Source: a virus
Lineage: Duplodnaviria > Caudoviricetes
Length of the DNA: 64,000 nucleotides
Virus record (IMG/VR): IMGVR_UViG_3300033069_001465
Strand: one strand, 5' to 3'
A program made the translations under genes and the position numbers. The notes under the pieces were generated by a model that did not search any database, had not been told where the DNA came from, and worked only from the letters and a program-made list of their open reading frames with translations. This document shows, one piece after another, positions 30,752 through 38,850 of this stretch. Position 1 is the stretch's first letter; each line of letters begins with the position of its first letter.

Positions 30752-32254
30752 ATGTTAGTGGATACCCAATTTTTAACCAATACTAAAAGATTGGTTGTTA
30801 GTTATGTAGATAAATCAGGTGATATCAAGCTTAAATATTATGAGTGGGATAATCCACAAAAATATGTTGTTTGTGATGAAAATGATAAGGATGCGCACCC
30901 ACTATATAAATCATGGGATGGTAAGCATGTTAAACTAATTGAAGTAACACACCCGGATAGATATGCCATTTATGAATTTTTAGACCAACTTCCAGATTCA
31001 GAAAAAGAAGAAATATTTGAATATAATCTACCTGGTATATACTTTGTCGATATTGAAACCGAAATCGTGGATGGATTTCCTGATGCTGAAACAGCTCCTA
31101 CTAGAGTTTTATCTATATCAATCGTTTATGAGGATAAAATTATTTTATTGGGTCTAAGAGATATGCCGGAGGATATGCAGGAAAGAATTAGAACTAATAC
31201 GAATAAGTATTTTGAGAAATTTAATTCTGATTATAAATTTAAATACATCAAATATGATGATGAATTTGATATGTTATATGCATTCTTCAATAAAATGACA
31301 ATTAAGATGCCGATCATTACTGGTTGGAACTTCATTAATTATGACTGGGTTTACTTGGTTAATAGAAGTAAAAAGCTTAAGAAGAATTTTAATGGTAAAG
31401 AATATTCCATAAATCCAGCGGTTTCTTCTCCAACAAAGAGGCTAAATAAGGTTTGGAATTCTACAGAGGAAATTCCAGCACATAGAATGATATTTGATTA
31501 CATGCAACTTTATGAAATATGTGATACTTCAATTAAGGTAAAAGAATCATCATCATTAGACTTTGTTTCTAATAAGTTGGTTGGTGTTGAGAAGATTAAA
31601 TATACTGGATCATTACAAAAACTATATGAAGAGGATTTTGAGACATTTATGTATTATAATGCAGTTGACTCTGTTCTTGTTCAAAAAATACATGAAGCCC
31701 GAAACTATATCTCAATTATATATGCGATTTCTTCATTAGCAAAGATTAAAATTGTTGATGTTATTTCTCAAATGAATAATGCTTTAGGATCACTTGCTAT
31801 TACAGAGGGAGTTTTAAGAAATAGATTTAGAGAACAAGAGAACATAGTCCTATTTAGACCTGAAAAGGATGAATCTAGTAATGGCGGTCATGGTATTGCT
31901 GGTGGATGGGTTAAAGATCCAATTGTTGGTATGAATCAATGGTGTGCAATTTATGACTTCGCTAGTCTTTATCCAACAACACAACGGCAGTTCTATATTG
32001 CACCTGAAAATTTTATTGGAATAAAAGATGATAAGAATCCAGAATATTGTGATAATGGACTTCCTATAGACCCAATTAATCATGTTATTTGTGCTAATAA
32101 CGCTGTTTTCTTAAAAAGAGAATCCCCAACAATAAAAATGTTGAAGGATGTTTATGATGATAGGAAAAAGAATAAGAAGATAATGATGAATAGAAAGGAA
32201 GAATTAAAAGCGGTATTAGATGAAATAAAACAATTAGAAGAAGAATTATTCTAA
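30752..32254 (+). CDS. B-family DNA polymerase, N-terminal half (split gp43-like)
   Basis: FVDIET ExoI, GWNFINYD ExoII, YNAVD ExoIII, GGWV, YDFASLYP motif A; ends in the first fingers helix without motif B or YGDTD. Confidence 0.85.
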   Translation: MLVDTQFLTNTKRLVVSYVDKSGDIKLKYYEWDNPQKYVVCDENDKDAHPLYKSWDGKHVKLIEVTHPDRYAIYEFLDQLPDSEKEEIFEYNLPGIYFVDIETEIVDGFPDAETAPTRVLSISIVYEDKIILLGLRDMPEDMQERIRTNTNKYFEKFNSDYKFKYIKYDDEFDMLYAFFNKMTIKMPIITGWNFINYDWVYLVNRSKKLKKNFNGKEYSINPAVSSPTKRLNKVWNSTEEIPAHRMIFDYMQLYEICDTSIKVKESSSLDFVSNKLVGVEKIKYTGSLQKLYEEDFETFMYYNAVDSVLVQKIHEARNYISIIYAISSLAKIKIVDVISQMNNALGSLAITEGVLRNRFREQENIVLFRPEKDESSNGGHGIAGGWVKDPIVGMNQWCAIYDFASLYPTTQRQFYIAPENFIGIKDDKNPEYCDNGLPIDPINHVICANNAVFLKRESPTIKMLKDVYDDRKKNKKIMMNRKEELKAVLDEIKQLEEELF

Positions 32255-32743
32255 TATCTTATTTAATTTTAGATTTCTGAAGTCTTGTTTTGAAATTTTT
32301 TTACAAGTGATCATATCACATTTACCAAAATCGACTAATTTTTCGTCATGTTGATAGATGTTTACTTCACTACGAATCACTTCCATATATGGATATATAT
32401 TTGGGTCATTCTTAATTAATTTAATTATGTCTGACTCTCTATTATCTTTAATTGCTTGAACTATTTCACCATTAATTTTAATACATCCTTTAAAGCTTGA
32501 AGTATAAGTAAACCTATCAAGTAGTTTTTCAAAATGCCATTTTTTTACTTGTGATTTATCACAACCAAGGTTTCCAAGACCATTTTCAGGATAACTAACT
32601 TTAACAATATTATTAAGCCAAGTAGATTTATAAAAGTAGACCCAATTATCATTTTTTTCATGGATATCACCAATCATAATAATTTTGACAAATTTAGGAC
32701 CAAACTGGTCAGAAAGATAATATATATCACCTACTTTTAACAT
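32246..32743 (-). CDS. Hypothetical early protein
   Basis: Host-type promoter 4 nt before the ATG; C-terminal RNLKLNKIL. Confidence 0.6.
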   Translation of the reverse strand: MLKVGDIYYLSDQFGPKFVKIIMIGDIHEKNDNWVYFYKSTWLNNIVKVSYPENGLGNLGCDKSQVKKWHFEKLLDRFTYTSSFKGCIKINGEIVQAIKDNRESDIIKLIKNDPNIYPYMEVIRSEVNIYQHDEKLVDFGKCDMITCKKISKQDFRNLKLNKILE

Positions 32744-32747
32744 ATTA

Positions 32748-32755
32748 CAAAGATA
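32748..32755 (-). promoter_or_regulatory. Bacteroidota sigma-A -7 element (TATCTTTG)
   Basis: TATCTTTG-TAAT-ATG, identical to the sites at 35799 and 50716. Confidence 0.7.
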
Positions 32756-32759
32756 CTAA

Positions 32760-32995
32760 TTAAATCACTAACTCATTAAGTTTTTCATATCTATTGATTT
32801 CCAATGTTTCAAAACAATTTTTATGATAATAGACAATTTCTCCATTATCATCTTTTATTTTAATCATTGGATCATCTTTAAATTGATTTATAATATTTAG
32901 GCAGTCGTATATTTTACCTATGGTTAGATATAGATATTCTTCTTTTGTTCTTTTGTTCTACCCGGTAATTTTTTACTTATGCAAACTATTTTCAT
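32760..32995 (-). pseudogene. Small gene frameshifted by an 8-nt tandem duplication
   Basis: Removing one AGAACAAA copy (32944-32959) restores a 75-aa ORF MKIVCIS...YLTIGKIYDC...RYEKLNELVI. Confidence 0.65.
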
Positions 32996-33008
32996 AGTTA
33001 AAAATTTT

Positions 33009-33722
33009 TTAATCCCATAACCAATCTGCCCCACTGTAATTATCCTCAAATTCACAGTCTTTTCCATCCATTATATTAAAAAGAGTTTGTTTAGACTTAG
33101 CTCTTTGTGATCTATTTAAAAATTTTCTGAAATGTTTGGGCGCTTTTCTATGTCTTCTGTAATTTTTACATTCATGGTAAAACTTAGTATCAAGAATGTA
33201 TTCAATTTCAGCTTCTTCTTGTTCAAGAATAGTGCTATAAATTTTTACTTTAGTTTTATACTCTTTTTCATATTTGATATCAAAGTAAAAATTTGGTATT
33301 TTACAATAGTAAGATTTTGAATGTCTGTTCCATCCATGTACATGGAATGGAATCTCATCAGTAAACCATTTTTTTATTTGTGGAGGAAGATTAAGATAAG
33401 TCCATTCATTAATTCCATGTATGCGAGGCATATGATAAATCATTGTTTTGTATATAGATTTACCTTTCCTTTCCCAATCAAAAAGTTCAATTTTTTTAGC
33501 AAATGTTTTTGTTCCGAAATTTTGGCAGATATACCAGAATACCCAAGCATCATCACGATTTTGTATATCTTGTCTTGGTTCAAGATAAGCATTGTATCCA
33601 ATAAATTTGGGCTCAGTAAGTTCAGACCAACCTAAACTCCTTTGTGTTTCCCAATTTTTAGCAAGTTGCTTCTGAAGGCGAATGAATTCCTTCTCTTTTT
33701 CAAAGTGTTTGTTTTTTCTCAT
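33009..33722 (-). CDS. Basic hypothetical protein downstream of tmRNA
   Basis: 237 aa, Lys/Arg/aromatic-rich; preceded by a uORF and hairpin. Confidence 0.65.
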   Translation of the reverse strand: MRKNKHFEKEKEFIRLQKQLAKNWETQRSLGWSELTEPKFIGYNAYLEPRQDIQNRDDAWVFWYICQNFGTKTFAKKIELFDWERKGKSIYKTMIYHMPRIHGINEWTYLNLPPQIKKWFTDEIPFHVHGWNRHSKSYYCKIPNFYFDIKYEKEYKTKVKIYSTILEQEEAEIEYILDTKFYHECKNYRRHRKAPKHFRKFLNRSQRAKSKQTLFNIMDGKDCEFEDNYSGADWLWD

Positions 33723-33741
33723 ATATTTTGTTAGTTTTTAA

Positions 33742-33786
33742 CTAACAAAATTTGAGCTCTTTGGTGTAGATGTATATTTTAATCAT
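33742..33786 (-). promoter_or_regulatory. Putative leader uORF (MIKIYIYTKELKFC*) ending inside a 12-bp hairpin
   Basis: Hairpin 33725-33751 ends 2 nt before the downstream ATG; the uORF TAG lies in its 5' arm. Confidence 0.45.
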
Positions 33787-33792
33787 AAAAAG

Positions 33793-33818
33793 AAATAAAC
33801 AGCAGTCCAATTCCGCTG
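33793..33818 (-). terminator. Putative intrinsic terminator of the tmRNA transcript
   Basis: CAGCGG-AATTGGA-CTGCTG followed by TTTATTT. Confidence 0.5.
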
Positions 33819-33832
33819 AGGTTATTAAAAAG

Positions 33833-33912
33833 AAACCAACTCGGCTGACCAGAGAAAACACCTACCTATTTTTTTCAAGGCTGTCCAGCTTTTTATCCTA
33901 CCTTGTTGGTTT
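33833..33912 (-). ncRNA. Structured hairpin RNA B with two YAGG/YUGGWCAG internal loops
   Basis: AAACCAAC/GTTGGTTT base stem; motif shared with hairpin A. Confidence 0.5.
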
Positions 33913-33916
33913 TTTG

Positions 33917-34281
33917 TGGAGGTGGGGAGCTCCGACTCTCCCGTCTTCTTCAGTTAATAATAACTAATCATTTACAAGCTTAGATAATTTTTCTAAAGTA
34001 TCAAAATAGTTAGTTAATTTATACTCACAAATAACTTAACAAAAACCTATCACTATTTACTGTTGTGATTCAGGTGAATTTTTTTATGAAAGTATCAATT
34101 AAGCTACTTCAAGCTCATTCACAATGAGTAAGTTGTTGCGTAGAGCAAATACTAAATCTTCTTTGCTTGCTACTTCGTTTGTTTTGCCGTTTAAAGCGTT
34201 GATGTCAATTTATTAATCGGATAACTCAGCCGATGCTTGCTTAACTACCATTACGATGCGAATCTATTCCAATTCACCCCC
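33917..34281 (-). ncRNA. ssrA: Phage-encoded tmRNA
   Basis: 5' GGGGGTG pairs with 3' CACCTCC-A giving G3-U70; GAC-GGGAG/CTCCC T-arm; 365 nt; internal tag ORF 34188-34099. Confidence 0.88.
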
Positions 34282-34287
34282 ATAATT

Positions 34288-34352
34288 TAAAGAAACTGAC
34301 CAGAAGTGCGTCCTATCTTTTTCAGACTGACCAAAACCTTCCTGTTTCTTTA
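34288..34352 (-). ncRNA. Structured hairpin RNA A (tmRNA 5' leader) with two YAGG/YUGGUCAG internal loops
   Basis: TAAAGAAAC/GTTTCTTTA base stem; starts right after the promoter. Confidence 0.5.
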
Positions 34353-34383
34353 CAAAGATATATATAATATTTGAAAACTCAAA
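34353..34383 (-). promoter_or_regulatory. Bacteroidota-type promoter for the tmRNA locus
   Basis: TTTG-N19-TATCTTTG. Confidence 0.75.
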
Positions 34384-34388
34384 AAAGT

Positions 34389-34685
34389 TTAAATTTCAAT
34401 AGTGAAAAACCAAGGATCTTTCGAATCTTTTGGATATTTAGATTTACCCATGATGATATCAATAAGTTCATTACCATTTATACCAACAATTTTCCTTGCT
34501 AGAATTCCTGTTTTGCCACTATCAATCAGATTTTGAATATTATCCTCAATAGGCAATTCATTAAGTGATTTTGGTTTTCCTGGTTGTGTTGATGCTATAC
34601 GGAAAGCATCTTTTTCATCTTTAGCAATAATAAAGTGTGACTTTGCATTTTTACCTTTATTATGGACATCATAAAATTTATTCAT
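34389..34685 (-). CDS. Hypothetical protein
   Basis: 98 aa ORF in the early operon. Confidence 0.55.
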   Translation of the reverse strand: MNKFYDVHNKGKNAKSHFIIAKDEKDAFRIASTQPGKPKSLNELPIEDNIQNLIDSGKTGILARKIVGINGNELIDIIMGKSKYPKDSKDPWFFTIEI

Positions 34686-34694
34686 ATTTTTATT

Positions 34695-35171
34695 TTAAAT
34701 TGTTAATAGTAAATTTAACTTATTATTTCTTATTATTCTTTCTCTCTCATCTTTTTCTTCACATATTCTATAGACTGAGCAAGAATCGTTACCAACATTC
34801 CAAATAGCATCAACTTCATATTCATTAATATTAATATTGGACTTTGTTTCATTCCAATATATATCATAAGCATTATAATTATGCAAAAGGGTCCCTCGTC
34901 CTTTTACTAAGGTTAAAAATCCTTCATTTTTAACAAGTAATTTATTACTCATTCTTGCAGCATTTTTTATCTCTCTAATAGAGTCTTCATTAAAGCTCGA
35001 AGAAGATTTATCTAAATTGTAAATTTTATTAAAGGTATTTGAAAATTCATACCCAATATCCCAGGATATTTGATTTGCCCAATTTGTATATGTATTATAC
35101 AAAATGAGATAATCATGATTTAACTGATGATCATATAAGAAAACCGAGTATATTTTATAGATTAAGTCCAT
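34695..35171 (-). CDS. Hypothetical early protein
   Basis: C-terminal IRNNKLNLLL. Confidence 0.6.
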   Translation of the reverse strand: MDLIYKIYSVFLYDHQLNHDYLILYNTYTNWANQISWDIGYEFSNTFNKIYNLDKSSSSFNEDSIREIKNAARMSNKLLVKNEGFLTLVKGRGTLLHNYNAYDIYWNETKSNININEYEVDAIWNVGNDSCSVYRICEEKDERERIIRNNKLNLLLTI

Positions 35172-35794
35172 TAGTCAATTTTAATAATCTCATCAGTATA
35201 TTCTCCACCTAAGTGAAATGTCATATATCCAAATCTATGCTGGTCGTCGACCTTAACATAGTATTTTTTGGTCCCAATATCAATTATAAATACACTTTTT
35301 GGTAGTGTATCTGTTTTCTTAAAGTGAACTCTCAGTTTATCCTCTATTAACATCCATAAAATCTTCATAACTCTATATTCTAAATAAGAACACATTTTAT
35401 CAAGTTTATAATATTCTTGACCTAATTCAAATGATTCATCATGTGAAAGAATAAAGTCAAGCTTTTCTTGACGGCCAGCAACTATATCTTTTGAAAATTC
35501 GACTCTGCCCTGTCCGATACTATGTGATCTATATTCAGAGTTATATTTAAAAGTATAATAATAAATATTATTATTATCTTTAGGATGATAATAATAGATA
35601 ACATGTTCATCTTTACTATTTTTTGGAATCTTATCAACTATTTCCTTGATAAATTCAGATCTAGATTTCCATCTTTTATTTGATCTTTCCTTGGCTTTTT
35701 CATAAAGTGCATGAATTTGTTCAATAGTCCACTCTTTAGGCTTTCTATTGAACTTCCTTTCAAATGAATTCGAATAGAGAAAATTATAATTCAT
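35171..35794 (-). CDS. Hypothetical early protein (start revised to MNYNFLY)
   Basis: TATCTTTG-TAAT-ATG at 35806-35792. Confidence 0.6.
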   Translation of the reverse strand: MNYNFLYSNSFERKFNRKPKEWTIEQIHALYEKAKERSNKRWKSRSEFIKEIVDKIPKNSKDEHVIYYYHPKDNNNIYYYTFKYNSEYRSHSIGQGRVEFSKDIVAGRQEKLDFILSHDESFELGQEYYKLDKMCSYLEYRVMKILWMLIEDKLRVHFKKTDTLPKSVFIIDIGTKKYYVKVDDQHRFGYMTFHLGGEYTDEIIKID

Positions 35795-35795
35795 A

Positions 35796-36017
35796 TTACA
35801 AAGATATGACAATTCCACGAATTATCCTAACAATATCTATGGTACTTACTACCAAACACTTATTAGTTATTTCGTCTATTCTCCTTTTGGGTATATCATA
35901 ATGTGTTTTATGAAACCAACATCTTTTAATATTAAGATTATCTGCCATTTTATGTAAGTTTTCAATGGAGTATGGAATGCAAATTAGATGTCTTTTAGTA
36001 TCACAATAATATTTCAT
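35796..36017 (-). CDS. DUF4031-like small protein
   Basis: S-x-ENLHKMA...KRCWFH...HYDI pattern. Confidence 0.55.
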   Translation of the reverse strand: MKYYCDTKRHLICIPYSIENLHKMADNLNIKRCWFHKTHYDIPKRRIDEITNKCLVVSTIDIVRIIRGIVISL

Positions 36018-36038
36018 ATTTAATATATATAATTAATT

Positions 36039-36455
36039 ATGAAATATCTTAAATTATTTGAAAATTTTAGAGAAATAAAAATCGATGAATATAACAAAAT
36101 TGATAAACCAGAAGAACTTAATAAAAGGGAATTAGACCTAGTAAAGAAATTCGCAGATATCAATGAATGGGACCTTTTCTACCTAACAAGAAATTCTGAT
36201 ATTCAATTAGAGTTTTATAAAAGGAATGGTGATTATTTTTATAGAATATCAATAGATAAACAATATGATGAGTATTATTTAGTTTCAGTTGATTTTGAGG
36301 ACTTTGGTAGTCCAAATAAAGATAGCAGCAGATATTTTATATTAGATACATATGAGGAGCTGAATGAATTCTTACTAAAAATTGAAAAATTTTACAAGCA
36401 TAAACGACTGTTTAATACACAATCAATTATACAACCTCCGAAATGGATAATTTAA
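36039..36455 (+). CDS. Hypothetical protein with capsid-targeting-like leader (CDQ-like)
   Basis: MKYLKLFENF; KQYDEYYLV...YFILDTYEEL. Confidence 0.6.
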   Translation: MKYLKLFENFREIKIDEYNKIDKPEELNKRELDLVKKFADINEWDLFYLTRNSDIQLEFYKRNGDYFYRISIDKQYDEYYLVSVDFEDFGSPNKDSSRYFILDTYEELNEFLLKIEKFYKHKRLFNTQSIIQPPKWII

Positions 36456-36772
36456 TCTACAACTACACCAACTTTCTTATAAAATTGTAAATTTTCGGCC
36501 TTATCAACTAATTCTTGGTCAGCTATCGTTTTGTTTCCATACCACCATCCACCAACACCATCATGTCCAAGATAGAACACTTCATCTCCTAATTTAATAT
36601 CTTTTCTTGAAAAAGCATACCTATCTTTTTCTAACTCAAATCCAATTTTATACCCAAGATCCTCACATTCCTTCGAGGTAAATGTTGGAAGAACTATTCT
36701 CTGTGCAGTATGAGATACTTTTTTAATAGTTCTGTCAAAAAATCTTTCGTTAAATTTTTTAATATGTTTCAT
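36452..36772 (-). CDS. Hypothetical protein with capsid-targeting-like leader
   Basis: MKHIKKFNE. Confidence 0.6.
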   Translation of the reverse strand: MKHIKKFNERFFDRTIKKVSHTAQRIVLPTFTSKECEDLGYKIGFELEKDRYAFSRKDIKLGDEVFYLGHDGVGGWWYGNKTIADQELVDKAENLQFYKKVGVVVD

Positions 36773-36786
36773 TATCTAAATTTTTT

Positions 36787-37227
36787 TTAAAATGGAACTT
36801 CGCCTTCAATATCATTTAATGAAGTAGGTGCCGCCACATCTTCATCATAGAAGAATTTAGCTGTTATTAAAGGTTCACCACTTTTGACTTCCCATAAATC
36901 GAACTCAGATTCGTATTGTATTAGGATATCAGTTTCTAGCTTCTTAAGTAGATTCATAATTTTCATAACACTACCTATTTTTTCTGTTTTATTTAAAACA
37001 AATTGAACATTAATGCTGCCTTCATCATCAGTAAATACATAATAATTCTCAAATCCAGAATTTTTTATCATTTTTCTAAGTGTAGATAGTAAGTTTTCAA
37101 TGATATCATCCTGAGCTATTTCTTCAACTTCCTCAAGTTCAGGAATTTCAGGATAGTCATCTAATGGTTGATCTATATCATCAAACCCTTCTCTTTCGTT
37201 AATTTCAAAGTATTTTTTAAGTTTCAT
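36787..37227 (-). CDS. Acidic hypothetical protein (start revised to MKLKKYFEINE)
   Basis: ATG at 37227 immediately after the upstream stop. Confidence 0.6.
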   Translation of the reverse strand: MKLKKYFEINEREGFDDIDQPLDDYPEIPELEEVEEIAQDDIIENLLSTLRKMIKNSGFENYYVFTDDEGSINVQFVLNKTEKIGSVMKIMNLLKKLETDILIQYESEFDLWEVKSGEPLITAKFFYDEDVAAPTSLNDIEGEVPF

Positions 37228-37228
37228 A

Positions 37229-38839
37229 TTATCCAATTTGTATTTTTAAAATGTTACCATCAAATTTTATATCAGGATTACATCTATGCATTAATAAAAT
37301 TGTTTCAATTTGTGATAAATCATCATAAGCATTTCTTAAAGAGACATCATCAAATTCAATTGAAACAACCACTTTACCTTCTACTCCTTTAATAGTAGAA
37401 TCATTGAAAAATATCGACTCTTTTAGATCCCTTATTAAGTCAGACCATTTTTCCAATACTTCAGAATCAAATCCAATTTTTCTCTTTATAGTAAGTTTAT
37501 TCCAATCAGCGGCTACACAAGCTTTGGCTAATCTTTCTAAATAAGTCATATTCTGAATCTCATCGTGTGTATGTTCATTAAAATATCCAACAGATACATT
37601 AGTACACTCTGGAACATAATCAACAAAATTATAGGAATCAGTAAATACACCTGTAGGATCTAGGTTCAATTTTAAACCACTTTTATTTAATTCTTTACAA
37701 AGTGATTCAGCAAACTCATTTGAGCAGCATCTCATTCCCATTTGCTCTGTGATAACAGAAAAGTAGTTTCTTCTATCAAATGAAATTACTTTCTTAATTT
37801 CTTTAAGAAATTCAAATGATTTGAAATCATCAGCCACTTTACCAGATCCAATTCCACCTCTTTCTTCACCTAAGAAGAAATAATAAACTCCTGGAACATT
37901 ATGAGCCATCATATACATCATTACTGCAACTCCAGCTTTATCATCTGCTCCTAGAATAGTTGTACCATCACTCATTATGTAATCTTGTCCATTTTTTGAC
38001 TGTGCTACTAATATAATATCACTTTTATCTCTTGATGCTGTATCTAAGTGTGATGTAAACATAGTATCGGATTTACCAATTATATGGTAAAGATTACCAT
38101 ATTTATCAGTTTGTAATCCTTCTGGTAAATATTTATAAACACCTTCTTCATGACCATGTGGATATGTTTCGGTTGTTAATGATATAAAAGTGGATCTAAC
38201 ATCTTTAGGATTAAATTTGAATTCAGGTACTTGAATCTCATCATCAGATTTATTGAGTGCTCTATTTTTAATTTTATTGTAATCCCTTACAAAGTTATAT
38301 ATTGTTCCTTTGTCAAATTTATTTCCAAAAAATGTTCTTATGAATTCCGCTATTTTAATTAATCCCCTTCTTCCATTTGGATAGTAAACATCAAAGCTGA
38401 AATCTGTATCAGAAACATCTAATTTCTCAATGCCAAATTTATTTTTTATTTCGGGATTTTGCTCAATATCAAGCAGTGCCCAACAAATTTGATCATCTAT
38501 TTTATCCAACATCATTGCGAAGTCATCCGTAAATTTAATTTGGATACTTTCTTTATCAATTTGTTTTTTACCGCTTCCCATATTTTTATTTGATATGTTT
38601 TTAAAAACCTTTAAAAATTCCTCAAACTCTTTCTTGTTGTATTTAGTATATCCTAAAACCTCTTCAAGTACCTTCATAGTAAGACTATCCTTGCCGATAG
38701 TAATTTTTTCAGTATAGTTAGGTGCATTTGAATTAATAGCTTTCAGATCATTAATAAGCCTATTGACTTTTTTTATTCCTAATTTTTCCATAGAGTCAAA
38801 GATATCACTTGCTCCTTTTGTTAAATAAACTCCTGTCAT
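37229..38839 (-). CDS. M20/M28 zinc peptidase with N-terminal extension
   Basis: SHLDT, LGADDKAG, GEE, FDRR, NEHT metal-ligand motifs. Confidence 0.85.
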   Translation of the reverse strand: MTGVYLTKGASDIFDSMEKLGIKKVNRLINDLKAINSNAPNYTEKITIGKDSLTMKVLEEVLGYTKYNKKEFEEFLKVFKNISNKNMGSGKKQIDKESIQIKFTDDFAMMLDKIDDQICWALLDIEQNPEIKNKFGIEKLDVSDTDFSFDVYYPNGRRGLIKIAEFIRTFFGNKFDKGTIYNFVRDYNKIKNRALNKSDDEIQVPEFKFNPKDVRSTFISLTTETYPHGHEEGVYKYLPEGLQTDKYGNLYHIIGKSDTMFTSHLDTASRDKSDIILVAQSKNGQDYIMSDGTTILGADDKAGVAVMMYMMAHNVPGVYYFFLGEERGGIGSGKVADDFKSFEFLKEIKKVISFDRRNYFSVITEQMGMRCCSNEFAESLCKELNKSGLKLNLDPTGVFTDSYNFVDYVPECTNVSVGYFNEHTHDEIQNMTYLERLAKACVAADWNKLTIKRKIGFDSEVLEKWSDLIRDLKESIFFNDSTIKGVEGKVVVSIEFDDVSLRNAYDDLSQIETILLMHRCNPDIKFDGNILKIQIG

Positions 38840-38850
38840 ATAGGTATATA

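Noticed and set aside
33917-33945. tRNA gene
   Set aside because: The acceptor partner lies about 360 nt away with a tag ORF between and no anticodon arm; this is tmRNA
33770-33967. 65-aa plus-strand ORF
   Set aside because: Antisense to the tmRNA 3' end and trailer hairpin; no protein features
33833-34352. CsrA-sponge or SRP RNA identity for the flanking hairpins
   Set aside because: AGGA sequences are in stems or internal loops rather than apical loops, and the SRP GNRA loop with CAGG/AGCA symmetric loop is absent
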